DNA of 64,000 bases from an uncultured delta proteobacterium (GCA_963812015.1 CAWETI010000003.1:1440001-1504000); one strand, 5' to 3'; positions 30,507-40,141 are shown, numbered from the stretch's first letter. Program-made: numbers and translations. The notes: generated by a model from the sequence alone, not told the origin.

Positions 30507-30688
30507 TCCGTTGTAAGAAATCCTCCGCTCTCAAGCTGTTCGATGACCTCATAGACCACCGATCGGATCCGGGACATGTTCCAGCTTTTTTTCTCGTGAG
30601 ACAGTGACTCCGTCATAAGCAGATCTTTCCTCGACCCGTTGTAACAAGATCCTTTGCTTTCAATCCTTGCGATGAGCTCATAGACCAC
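30433..30688. repeat. Diverged tandem duplication (about 128-bp unit) of the dcm-end/vsr-start junction
   Basis: Copies 30433-30559 and 30561-30688 both begin GATCGGATCCGGGACATGTTCCAGCTT and end TCATAGACCAC. Confidence 0.9.
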
Positions 30689-32272
30689 TTTGGCAATCTG
30701 CAAGGCCAGAAAAGGAGGGACCGCATTTCCCACCTGCTGGTACTGGGCCGTTCTTGGGCCTTCAAAAAAGTAGTTGTCCGGAAAGGTCTGAAGCCGGGCT
30801 GCCTCTCTGACACTCAGGCTACGGCATTGTCTGGGATCAGGATGTATGAAGTAGTGCCCGTCCTTTGCCATGTGACATGTAATTGTGCTCGCCGGCATGT
30901 TTAAAAGCTGCACCCGGAACCGATCAGCAAAAAGTCCCCACCCGGATCTAGCGGCCTCTGATGCATTCGCATGCTTTGGCATAAGCTCATCGGGAAAATC
31001 CATGAGGCGAGGGGACCGATTAAAGGTCTTGCCAAAACAGGCTACAAAAAGGTACCGGTGAAGATCGCTTCGCATGTGCTGGCGCGATGAGTGGTTGCAT
31101 ACGCCCTTAAGCTGCTCATCGTGGTACCAGATCTCCATCCACCCTGGCTTTTTGCTGTGGAGCATGAACTGTCCACCAGTGAGCGGGGCCTCATTCACAT
31201 TGCTACATGCCGAAAGAATCTCGGCGCGCAGTTCGGGACCTATCTTCGCATCATTAATCCAGTTTGACCGGGATATCGACTTCACGGCATCGACCCAGGC
31301 TTCGGTACTGTCCTCTCCCCTTGAAAGAGCGCTCCTGAGAGTGGGCAGATCCCCTATGACGTCCCAGGCGCTGACGTGCTTTTCACTCTCACAAAGGGGT
31401 TCAGGGGCGGCCCCGATGTCATTTCTCACCCCGATCAGTATGACGCGGTGGCGTGTCTGGGGAACTCCATACTTCTCCGCCTGCACGATGTACGGCACAA
31501 CATCTTTTGACGCGAAGGGAATATCAGTGTTTTCTGTGAGAGGGAAAATGCGGTATTTCAACCTTTTTGAAATTCGCCGTTGGATTGTCGGGTTGTCATC
31601 AAATGCCTTTCCTGGCTCCTGGAGATCTTGCAGAATTTTGCGGAAGATGCTCTCCCCGTTCAGCCTGCATGTGAGAATTCCTTTAACATTCTCCATGACA
31701 AAAACCGGTGGTCTGTGAACAGCGATAACGCGAAGGTACTCCTTGTACAGGAAATGCCTTGGATCCTTCTCGAATTGCTCCGGATTGGATCCACGCATTC
31801 GTGATCTTCCCACAGTCGAATAGGCCTGACAGGGAGGACCACCAATAAGCACCCACCGGTCGGCCCCTCCTACTGCAGCCCGTATTCGTCTGTCGACATG
31901 CCTTGATCCCAGGTCCTGATGGCCAAGTTCTGCATGCCAGGCCAAAGAAGAGGCTGACTTGCTTTCCCTGGAAAAAGCATTGAAAAGATCTTCTCGAGAG
32001 ATCTCCCCCCGCAGATAGCTGTAATACTCAGAGGGAATCCGGCCTCTTTCAAATTGTCTGAAAAAAGCCCGAAGCTCAAGGGTTTTATGGGCATGCTCTT
32101 CCTTTTCGATCGACAGGGCCACATGAAATCTTGGACCACCATCCTGGTCGCGGCAGGCTGAGAACCCCTCACCCAATCCACCTGGCCCGGCGAAAAGATC
32201 AATTATGGGAATCCGAATGGGTATCTGATGAGAGGGGTGGGATCCAGACTTTTTGTTGGAACCTGTTTCCAA
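30503..32272 (-). CDS. dcm: DNA cytosine-C5 methyltransferase
   Basis: IDLFAGPGG, GGPPCQAYS, FVMENVKG, PQTRHRV, REAARLQTFPD, QVGNAVPP. Confidence 0.93.
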   Translation of the reverse strand: METGSNKKSGSHPSHQIPIRIPIIDLFAGPGGLGEGFSACRDQDGGPRFHVALSIEKEEHAHKTLELRAFFRQFERGRIPSEYYSYLRGEISREDLFNAFSRESKSASSLAWHAELGHQDLGSRHVDRRIRAAVGGADRWVLIGGPPCQAYSTVGRSRMRGSNPEQFEKDPRHFLYKEYLRVIAVHRPPVFVMENVKGILTCRLNGESIFRKILQDLQEPGKAFDDNPTIQRRISKRLKYRIFPLTENTDIPFASKDVVPYIVQAEKYGVPQTRHRVILIGVRNDIGAAPEPLCESEKHVSAWDVIGDLPTLRSALSRGEDSTEAWVDAVKSISRSNWINDAKIGPELRAEILSACSNVNEAPLTGGQFMLHSKKPGWMEIWYHDEQLKGVCNHSSRQHMRSDLHRYLFVACFGKTFNRSPRLMDFPDELMPKHANASEAARSGWGLFADRFRVQLLNMPASTITCHMAKDGHYFIHPDPRQCRSLSVREAARLQTFPDNYFFEGPRTAQYQQVGNAVPPFLALQIAKVVYELIARIESKGSCYNGSRKDLLMTESLSHEKKSWNMSRIRSVVYEVIEQLESGGFLTTD

Positions 32273-32403
32273 GTTAAGACCACCTTAATAACGCTGCTTG
32301 GTCAATCAAACTCCACCTCGATGCGCAGGGCCTCCTCGACCTTGAGGAGGCTAGGATTTCATGGTCATGAAGGGGGAGGTCTAATGAGAAAATTTACCCG
32401 AAA

Positions 32404-32598
32404 TCAATCATCGTCGAACCTGAGGTAATTGATATCCCATAGTTCTTCGTCTATCTCTCCGCTCGACTTAACCCACTCTTCGGCTTCATCCCTGGAATGG
32501 AACACTGCAATTTCTCCTTCGCCGGCTTCCTTTCGTGCAAGAACGCAAACCCCGTTTCGCAGGTCGATTTCGAATCCTACCACCCATTTTTCCGTCAT
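32404..32598 (-). CDS. Small acidic hypothetical protein
   Basis: 64 aa ORF preceded by GGGAGA, directly downstream of the small recombinase. Confidence 0.5.
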   Translation of the reverse strand: MTEKWVVGFEIDLRNGVCVLARKEAGEGEIAVFHSRDEAEEWVKSSGEIDEELWDINYLRFDDD

Positions 32599-32622
32599 TG
32601 TTTTCTCCCGAACTCGGTCGAG

Positions 32623-33213
32623 TCACCCATCGAAGGTCACTTTTTGTTGAATCCGCAAAGCCTCCTCGGCCGTTAAGGTACTGAGATACCTCATAGTCAT
32701 AAAGGGTGAAGCATGCCCAAGGTGCAGTTGCAGGGCCCGGGGGTTGCCAGTTTGACGCAGGCGCTCGATAGCCCCGGAGTGCCGAAAGAGATGCGGATAA
32801 ACCCGTTTGCTGATCCCGGCCCGTTCGGATATTTCCCTAATGATCTGCCAAGCCCGCTTGCGGTTGATCTTGAAGATCCGGTCCTCCAGACCCAATTTTC
32901 GGTCAAAAGCGAAGCTCTTGAGGCGATGGGCCAGGCTGTCGGGACAGGCGACCAGGCGGGATTTGCCGCCCTTACCCAGGATATAGAGCACGGCGCCCCC
33001 CTCCTGAGTGCCGATGCGGCGGGGGGTCAGGCTTAAGGCCTCGGTGATGCGCACCCCGGTTTGGAAGAGGGTGAGGATCAGGAGCTCATCCCGGCTCTGG
33101 TTCCGCCCGTCGCAGGCGGCCGCCAGGCGGGCGACCTCCTCCCGGGTCAGGTAGGGGACGATGCTCAGGGCTTGGGGAACCAGAGCCTTGGAGATGAGAG
33201 AGCGACTATCCAT
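32623..33213 (-). CDS. Small tyrosine recombinase (catalytic-domain-only, resolvase-like)
   Basis: 196 aa; TGVRITEAL, GKGGKSR, PHLFRHS, HLGHASPFMTMRY. Confidence 0.9.
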   Translation of the reverse strand: MDSRSLISKALVPQALSIVPYLTREEVARLAAACDGRNQSRDELLILTLFQTGVRITEALSLTPRRIGTQEGGAVLYILGKGGKSRLVACPDSLAHRLKSFAFDRKLGLEDRIFKINRKRAWQIIREISERAGISKRVYPHLFRHSGAIERLRQTGNPRALQLHLGHASPFMTMRYLSTLTAEEALRIQQKVTFDG

Positions 33214-33218
33214 GGAAA

Positions 33219-33339
33219 ATTGGACAAAATTGATTTTGGTCCAATCTTACTTCCGGTGAAGGGCAGAAGTCAAGGGAAAGCATGGCCTTTGGGAGGGCAG
33301 AGAAGCGGAAAGTTGGACAAAAGTGCTTCTTTTGTCTAA
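33219..33339. promoter_or_regulatory. Two recombinase core-type inverted-repeat sites (res-like)
   Basis: ATTGGACAAAA-TTGA-TTTTGGTCCAAT (33219-33245) and TTGGACAAAAG-TGCTT-CTTTTGTCTAA (33313-33339), immediately upstream of the recombinase. Confidence 0.6.
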
Positions 33340-33437
33340 TTGTCTAATTAACGATATGGAATCCATATCAAAATTGATTTGTAGCCCAAAGAAGATAAAA
33401 TAAATAGCAGTACCTGACACTTTTGCTAAAACAAATT

Positions 33438-34523
33438 TTACTGTGAATTTATAAAAGGGTCTGTGATATTCAGAGGATGGAGGAACCGTTCTTTCAAAAT
33501 CCGACTCATCCCCTGGGCCACCATTTTTCGCCCCGCATCCTCCAGATGCATGCCATCGTCCTGATAAATTGGCTCGGTTCTGGGACACAAAATATTTTGA
33601 AAATCAACAAAATAAGGCTTGTTTTTTAGCCTGGAAACCAAGGCATTATTGACGATGGTAAAGTTATGGCGAAAAGCGAAATGCCGACCCACAATGCAGA
33701 AATCTTTTTCTTTCATCCTAACTTCCGATGCGACCTGACCCGTCTCAATCCACCAGGTAGGCTGCCAGAACAGGAGAAACCTTGCACCGCGATTGGCGGC
33801 GGTTTCGTTAACATAATCATAGCGCTTCTCGGCCAAATCCACAAACCTTTGCAGCTCGGGCGAGTCTGTCGCAATTGGCAGCACCCCTTGCTTAAGCTTC
33901 TCATAAAGTTCCATGGTGAAGGAGGCGTAAATAGCCGCATTCAGCGGTTTGAGCAAACCGAAGAAACTGCGCTGGTAGCTCTCAATCAACCCTTGCACCT
34001 TGGAATAGCCAAGATGGCCCCCTTCGGGTGTCCGAGTTTGGGCAAAATAGGTGCAATCGTTAGCGCCATCGTAGAAGATGATCATATCTGGGCGAGAGGA
34101 GTTCTCGACGAACACCTTTTGCAAATATTTCGTCTCCATCAGGGAATTAAAGCTTGGTTCCCCATAATTAGTGAGGAAGGCCGGGGTCAGTGGTTCTTCT
34201 TCATTGAGGATTTTAGCCAGATAGCTGGGAATAGTCTGGTCGTCATAATCGGTGGCCCCCGCCATGGTAGAACCTCCGAACATCCAAAGGCTCTTGACCT
34301 TCCCTTTTTCCGGGGCCGCGGGATTATGATGGGTGGGCCGAGGGTATCCGATGGTTTGGAAGAGGATGTATGGATCATAATGCACCCGCTCTCCATCCCT
34401 TAATTGGCCGTAGATCCAGTAATTGCTGGTGATAACGATCAAAAAGCTGAAAACTTCCACCAGGACCACAGTCATTATCAACAACTTGAAACCAACCGCC
34501 ACCCAATGGACTACTCGTTTCAT
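33438..34523 (-). CDS. SGNH/GDSL hydrolase-like protein with N-terminal membrane anchor
   Basis: WMFGGSTM (block I), IFYDGAND (block III), DDGMHL (block V). Confidence 0.8.
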   Translation of the reverse strand: MKRVVHWVAVGFKLLIMTVVLVEVFSFLIVITSNYWIYGQLRDGERVHYDPYILFQTIGYPRPTHHNPAAPEKGKVKSLWMFGGSTMAGATDYDDQTIPSYLAKILNEEEPLTPAFLTNYGEPSFNSLMETKYLQKVFVENSSRPDMIIFYDGANDCTYFAQTRTPEGGHLGYSKVQGLIESYQRSFFGLLKPLNAAIYASFTMELYEKLKQGVLPIATDSPELQRFVDLAEKRYDYVNETAANRGARFLLFWQPTWWIETGQVASEVRMKEKDFCIVGRHFAFRHNFTIVNNALVSRLKNKPYFVDFQNILCPRTEPIYQDDGMHLEDAGRKMVAQGMSRILKERFLHPLNITDPFINSQ

Positions 34524-34767
34524 GGATCACTCGTGATTTAGAGATTATCCTCTATTATGTGGTAGGCTGAGTTGCCTTTCTGTTCCGAACGCGTGAATTC
34601 GCGGCAAACCAACAGAGCCCGCATAGCTTCAAAAGTCCTCTGATTGAATTAAGCCTACATTGCGGTTATACCTTGCAACCTTTATAATTAGGCATTTTGG
34701 TCTTGAGTAATCTAATAGTAATGAACCTGTATAAATTTTGCTAATCCTGTCAATAAGGCATATTTAA

Positions 34768-36036
34768 TCAAATAATACCGTATTCCCGCCCCATTTCTGC
34801 AAATATACCCAGAGCCCTGTCCATTTCTTCCTTGGTCAGCGAGTTCATGATGCTCACCCGTAACCTGCATTCTTTGCGTCGAACTGCAGGATACGTGACG
34901 AGATTAGTAAAAACACCTCGGTGACGAAGGTCATTGTGAAGATTTGCAAGCTTGCCTTCGTCCCCGATCATAATCGGTATGATGGCGGATTCCGTGTCGC
35001 CGGTGTCGAATCCAAGCCCTTTCAAGCCCGCCAGCATATATCGAATATTGTCCCATAATCTATCCCGCCCGGCAGCATCTTTCTTCATGAGTTTAAATAC
35101 TTCAATCAGGCCCGCCACGATAGGAGCGGGAGCGCTGGTGGAGAAGAAATAGGACCGTGCATAATAACGAAGATAGCGAATCAATGATGTGGTACCTGCA
35201 CAATAGCCTCCGATTGCGCCCGGTGCTTTGCTCAGGGTGCCAAAAATGATGTCCACCTGGCCCATGCAATTGAACTTCTCCGGAGTGCCTCTTCCCGTTG
35301 GGCCGACAACTCCCAAGGCATGAGCCTCATCGATCATGACTCGTGCATTGTAGCGCTGCGCCAACTCAACAATCTGATCAAGCGGAGCCACATCGCCATT
35401 CATGGAAAAGACACCGCATGTGACAATAAGACGGCCTTTCTGGGATTCGGGTAAATTCTTAAGAGTTTTTTCCAGATGGTCTATATTGCGGTGAAGAAAC
35501 ACCTTGATTTCAGCCCCTGACAACTTACACCCATCAAAAATCGAGGCGTGATTGGCGGCATCGGTCAGGACCACATCACCTGATCCACATAGAGCTGATA
35601 TAATGCCGACATTGCCTGAATACCCGCAGGGAAAGATCATGGCATCTTCGGCTGCATAGAACTCTGCTATGAGTCTTTCCAATTGCCGATGCAGGACGCT
35701 TGTCCCTGCAAGTAGAGGAGAAGCACCCATTCCAAACCCGTATTCGTCACACGCGGCTTTGCAAGCAGCAATTACTCTCGGATGCGTGGTCAACGACAGG
35801 TAGGAATTCGACGCCAACATAATTACTTCATGGTCATGGTTGTCTTTTTCCTTGATTCTTACCCGAGGCCCGGCAGGGGTGAGAATCTGAAGTCCCAGCC
35901 CATCCAGGTAGTTAGGGGTACTCTCCTGTAGGACAGCTTCCAATTCATATACTTTTTGGAAGATATCAGCCGTCCCATTTTTTGAAATAAAGTCCTCGAA
36001 CTGTTTCGGCTGATTCCCACCTTTCACAATGCTCAT
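34768..36036 (-). CDS. PLP-dependent alpha-oxoamine synthase (BioF/KBL/serine palmitoyltransferase family)
   Basis: ASNSYLSL, NHASIFDG, GVFSMNGD, DEAHALG, GTLSKA. Confidence 0.9.
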   Translation of the reverse strand: MSIVKGGNQPKQFEDFISKNGTADIFQKVYELEAVLQESTPNYLDGLGLQILTPAGPRVRIKEKDNHDHEVIMLASNSYLSLTTHPRVIAACKAACDEYGFGMGASPLLAGTSVLHRQLERLIAEFYAAEDAMIFPCGYSGNVGIISALCGSGDVVLTDAANHASIFDGCKLSGAEIKVFLHRNIDHLEKTLKNLPESQKGRLIVTCGVFSMNGDVAPLDQIVELAQRYNARVMIDEAHALGVVGPTGRGTPEKFNCMGQVDIIFGTLSKAPGAIGGYCAGTTSLIRYLRYYARSYFFSTSAPAPIVAGLIEVFKLMKKDAAGRDRLWDNIRYMLAGLKGLGFDTGDTESAIIPIMIGDEGKLANLHNDLRHRGVFTNLVTYPAVRRKECRLRVSIMNSLTKEEMDRALGIFAEMGREYGII

Positions 36037-36214
36037 AAGCGTGATCCTTCGTGGTGGTTTGAAGCGGGTTGTTGGGTGGCGAAATACTTCCCCCTCCTAC
36101 CCAATATCATCCTTGTCTAACCAGACAGGCGGCAGCCTGAAGTTGGGAACCACCAAATAAGAGGAACATAACCTCCCGGTGACACCAATATTAAGCCACG
36201 ACCAAGAGCCTCCA

Positions 36215-36817
36215 TCAGTTCCGCTTCAATTCGGACACCTTGGTCCTGAGGCGCCGCACCAGTTCGGCGTAAGAAGACTCATGGATAATCCGGCTGAACT
36301 GGGAGCGGTAGTTGCTCACCAGGCTGACGCCCTCGATCACCACGTCGTAGACCTTCCAAGTCCCGCCCTCCTGGAGGAGGCGGTAGTTCAAGGGAATCCG
36401 GTCATTGGGTTTGACCACCATGGTGCGCACTTCGGCGCTATTGTCGGTGAGAACTTCGCCGGTGTAGTCAACTTTTACATGCTGGGTGTACTTCTCGATT
36501 TTATCGGCGTAGGAGGCCTCCAGAAGTTCTGCAAACAGGCGCACAAATTCCTCCCGCTGACCACCGCTGAGACTGTCCCAGGTGGCTCCAAGGGAACGCT
36601 TAGCCATTTCCGGGTAATCGAAGTGCGGGTCGACCATGTTCTTGAGCATCCAGCGCCTTTCCTGGGCTGGCTGGGCGGGATTTTGAAGAATCTTCAGGGC
36701 CTGTTCAATGACGTGCCTGACCGTATCGGTGGGAGGGCCGGCCCAGGCGACGGAGACGCCTACCACCAGCTGTATGATCAATCCGAACAATATGGTTCTT
36801 AACTGCAAACGCCTCAT
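36215..36817 (-). CDS. mlaC: Second MlaC/Ttg2D paralogue, carried inside the island
   Basis: C-terminal about 55 aa essentially identical to the 6089-6691 copy; ATG at 36817 after AAGGAGGA. Confidence 0.9.
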   Translation of the reverse strand: MRRLQLRTILFGLIIQLVVGVSVAWAGPPTDTVRHVIEQALKILQNPAQPAQERRWMLKNMVDPHFDYPEMAKRSLGATWDSLSGGQREEFVRLFAELLEASYADKIEKYTQHVKVDYTGEVLTDNSAEVRTMVVKPNDRIPLNYRLLQEGGTWKVYDVVIEGVSLVSNYRSQFSRIIHESSYAELVRRLRTKVSELKRN

Positions 36818-36930
36818 GGTGTCCTCCTTATACATTGCGGCCCGGGAATCTGCGCCGAGGGCCAAAATTTTGTCGGCCCTAAGCTCTGTTATTAGTTCTT
36901 AGTCTGTATACCAAATTTTATCCAAGATGC

Positions 36931-36984
36931 TGACCTGCCCCCAGTAGTTGTACCAAGTTTTAAGTTAGGATGGGGGTCAAGTCA
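36931..36984. mobile_element. 54-bp IS3-family-like remnant (two terminal inverted repeats, no transposase)
   Basis: TGACCTGCCCCCA ... TGGGGGTCAAGTCA with TG..CA ends. Confidence 0.55.
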
Positions 36985-37857
36985 AGCCAAAGATGGTTTG
37001 CCAAAGAGAAAGGGGGAAACTTGGGATCCAAAAGTTTCTAGAACTTGCCAGGAGTTGTACTTATCGGTGGAGCGGGGGAAATTGCAAGATATGGTCTGGA
37101 TATGGGAGGTTTCTGGCCCGGTGACAACTGTTGGATCATAGCAGATAGTGAAAGTTCTAAAGCGGGTTTTCTGCTCCTACTTACACCACTTCCTGCTCAC
37201 CTCTCTTCCGGTACGACCCACCAGTCAAACTTAACATATGGATCGGTTTTTGGGGGCAGGTCAAAGAACGCTACAATCGCACCACGCTTTCCGATCAAAC
37301 AAGCACAAGATTTTTTTCCGCTGGTTGAGATCGTAGATCGGGGCAAATTTCAGATCATGGCGTAAGAAATTTTCCAGAGATTGGGTCAAGAGTTCTCCGT
37401 TTTTTTGGATAAAACGCAGTTCCGCCCCGACCCCACAGCCATGACGGCGGGCCTGCTCCAGTGTGGATTTGGTGGGGTCATACTCAGGTTCGGTCTTGCT
37501 CTGGTAATGGCACTGGCTCTGGCATCGAAAGTCGATCCGATGTTGGGGAGTAAGGCCGCTTTGGTCAATGAAGACATAGTAGACCACTTTATCCGGGCAG
37601 TCCTCCTCCAGATACAGGGTGTGCGAAGCAGGGCAAAATCAGGGTGGCCTCGATGCTGAACGGCCGGATAGGGGCTCCTAACCCAATTGCCCAAGGGGGA
37701 TGAGTTTCACTTTTCCGCACCGGCTCGATTCCACCATCAGGCCAGCGTGAGCAAACCGGCCGTCAGTTGCTTGACCTGTCCCTGAAGTTCCTCCGTTGGC
37801 TAATCACCTTCATAAGTGAACGCTTAGCCTTCCCGGTCCGCTTTATCCTCAAGAGTC

Positions 37858-38427
37858 TCACCCGCCGGGAGGCGGGACCACGCAGTAATTAAGGTCAGTA
37901 CCCTGATAGCAGGCCTGATAATAGTTGCTGCCGTCATAGTAGTAGGTCTGACCCCCATATACCTGGGGGGAGGCCCCGGAGGGCAAAGCCTCCAGAATTG
38001 TGCCAATCGCCAAAGCGGCGATAATCGCGGCGGCGAGTCCCCCTCCCCCGCCATACTCCGGACCATAATAGGGGGCCCAGGCCTCGCCATAACCTCCACC
38101 AGGATAGCCGCCACCGTAGGCTCCACGGGATCCTTTAACAGCCGCGCCGCCAGAGGGGCCTCGGACGGCCGTACCTCCCCGGGGTCCTCTCGCCACTGCG
38201 CCGCCCCGGGGGGCTGGCACTGCGCGGGGGGCCGGCGCCGGGCGGAAGCTGCCGCCGCTAAAACCGCCGCCATGAGGGGCGGCGGCGGCATGACCACCGC
38301 CCGCGGGATGCCCGCCTCCGCCGCCTCCCCCCTTTGGCCCAGCCGCCGAGCTCACAAAGGGCAAAGTCAATACTAACGCCACTGCGAAAAGGCTCCAAAT
38401 AGGAGACCTGAGTTTTCTCAGCTTCAT
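37858..38427 (-). CDS. Glycine-rich exported protein
   Basis: Signal peptide, RGPxGG repeats, C-terminal YYYDGSNYY segment; overlaps the upstream gene stop (ATGA). Confidence 0.75.
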   Translation of the reverse strand: MKLRKLRSPIWSLFAVALVLTLPFVSSAAGPKGGGGGGGHPAGGGHAAAAPHGGGFSGGSFRPAPAPRAVPAPRGGAVARGPRGGTAVRGPSGGAAVKGSRGAYGGGYPGGGYGEAWAPYYGPEYGGGGGLAAAIIAALAIGTILEALPSGASPQVYGGQTYYYDGSNYYQACYQGTDLNYCVVPPPGG

Positions 38428-39278
38428 GATTTGCCTCCTTCCTTTTTCATCCCTGGTTCCGGTTTCGGGGCCTGGCTGGGCGCAACCGGGACAAACTTGA
38501 TCTTTTCGGCCCCCGGAGGGGGAGTAAAGGCAAACAGGTTGGCATTAAGCTGGGGGGAGAAATTCCAGTCGCTGATGTACGCGGTCCATTGGGGAGAATC
38601 GGGCAATTTCTTATAGGTGATCACGATCTTTCGGAGGAGGGGTTGTTCCCCGGCATCGATCCACTGCTGGAACTGGACATTTTCCCCATCGAAGGACAGG
38701 TGGTGGCAGAGAACCCCGCGGATCCTGGACTTGCCCACATAAAGGGAGTGTTTGATGTGTTTTTCCATTAATTCCCAAAGATCAGGGCTGGCCAGGTCGC
38801 TCAAGGAAACCCGGAACCCAAATTCCTTATGGGCCTTTTCCAGGGCGCTTTCGAGATCGGGAGGGACCTCCAGGGTGCCGTAGACGTTATGGTCTTTGTC
38901 GTACAGGGTGATGGTCTTGCCGTCGATGTAGAACTGCTTGTCGACCCGGTCGCCCACGGCATTGACCCTGAGCTGGTCGGGCCGCTTCACAAAGAATTCC
39001 AGGCCAGTCTCATACTGAATTTTTTTGCTGCCGTAATACACCTCGTCGACGGCGACCTCGGCTTTGTAAGTAAATTGCTGTTGAGATTTAAGGAAATCGC
39101 ACATCTTTTGGGCAATTTGGAGGGGATCAGGTGCCGGTGCCGGCGCCGGCGCCTTTTCGGCCTGAGGGGCTGCCGGCGGTGGGGCCTGCGGCTTTTGCTG
39201 TTGCTCCTGGGACAGGGCGCTACCCGTCAGTGCCCAAAACGCCAAACAAACCAGTCCTGCCAAGATTCGTTTGCTCAT
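38424..39278 (-). CDS. DUF2092-like periplasmic protein (LolA-like fold)
   Basis: Signal peptide; VKRPDQLRV, FYIDGKTITLYD, QQWIDAGEQPLLRKIVITY, FAFTPPPGAEKI. Confidence 0.8.
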   Translation of the reverse strand: MSKRILAGLVCLAFWALTGSALSQEQQQKPQAPPPAAPQAEKAPAPAPAPDPLQIAQKMCDFLKSQQQFTYKAEVAVDEVYYGSKKIQYETGLEFFVKRPDQLRVNAVGDRVDKQFYIDGKTITLYDKDHNVYGTLEVPPDLESALEKAHKEFGFRVSLSDLASPDLWELMEKHIKHSLYVGKSRIRGVLCHHLSFDGENVQFQQWIDAGEQPLLRKIVITYKKLPDSPQWTAYISDWNFSPQLNANLFAFTPPPGAEKIKFVPVAPSQAPKPEPGMKKEGGKS

Positions 39279-39535
39279 TCTGCCTCCTCGTTAATCGGCG
39301 ACCAAGTATTTATAGCCAGGAAAGAGGTTGTAGTTGCCAAGAGCGATACTCCTCGCCAATGGGAGAATTAAATTGCCGGGCCACCTCCTCCTTATTCCTG
39401 GGACGAGGTGGTACGTGAGCTAAAATTAGGTTGCAAAAATTTAAAGTCAAGTATTCAGGCTAGATCTGGCGTGACCTCGATGGAAAAATCCCGGGCCCGG
39501 GATCACGCTGGCACTCAGCCTTCCCCCCCAGGCCC

Positions 39536-40141
39536 TTAGGCCAAAAGCCTTTTCCGCATCAGGCAAACCCAGGCTTTAGGCGGGTTGGGGCGCTTGGATT
39601 CAAAATAGCTGGAAACGAGCGACAGGATTTCGAAGTGGGACTCCACAGAGTCAACAATGTCCCTGGCGGTCCGCTGGGGTGGACCCGGTCCCTGGCACTG
39701 TTCATCGGCGCTGCCAACCAGACTCAGCCACAGGCCATCTTTGATTAAATGGGCAGCCACATTTTCAGCAAAACTTTTCCGTTCTTCATCCGAGTTTAAG
39801 GTATGAAAACAGCCTCTATCAAAGGCAAAGCCAAATGGCGCCCCGGCAATTTTGCTGGTGAGGAAGTCAATCACCATAAACGTACATTGGACCTTAGCTT
39901 TTGCAGCTTTCTCTCTAGCCTTCTCTATGGCAATCTCTGAATTATCAATACCTATCACATAAAAGTCTTTTTGGGAAAGCCATATGGAATCATCGCCGGT
40001 TCCGCACCCGATATCCAATGCTTTACAGGGTGCCAGGGCCATGGCGCTCACGGTCTGAATAAGATTGAAATCGGGTCTGCCGATATCCCAGGGAGTATCG
40101 CCCGATTCATACCTTTTCTGAAAATTCTCTGCTGCCGTCAT
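39536..40141 (-). CDS. Class I SAM-dependent methyltransferase (TPMT/TehB-like)
   Basis: RYESGDTPWDIGRP, LDIGCGTG, FDRGCFH. Confidence 0.88.
   Translation of the reverse strand: MTAAENFQKRYESGDTPWDIGRPDFNLIQTVSAMALAPCKALDIGCGTGDDSIWLSQKDFYVIGIDNSEIAIEKAREKAAKAKVQCTFMVIDFLTSKIAGAPFGFAFDRGCFHTLNSDEERKSFAENVAAHLIKDGLWLSLVGSADEQCQGPGPPQRTARDIVDSVESHFEILSLVSSYFESKRPNPPKAWVCLMRKRLLA

Noticed and set aside
37045..37700. Intact genes or an IS21 transposase
   Set aside because: Only short, conflicting ORFs on both strands; any transposase similarity is too faint to support without a search.
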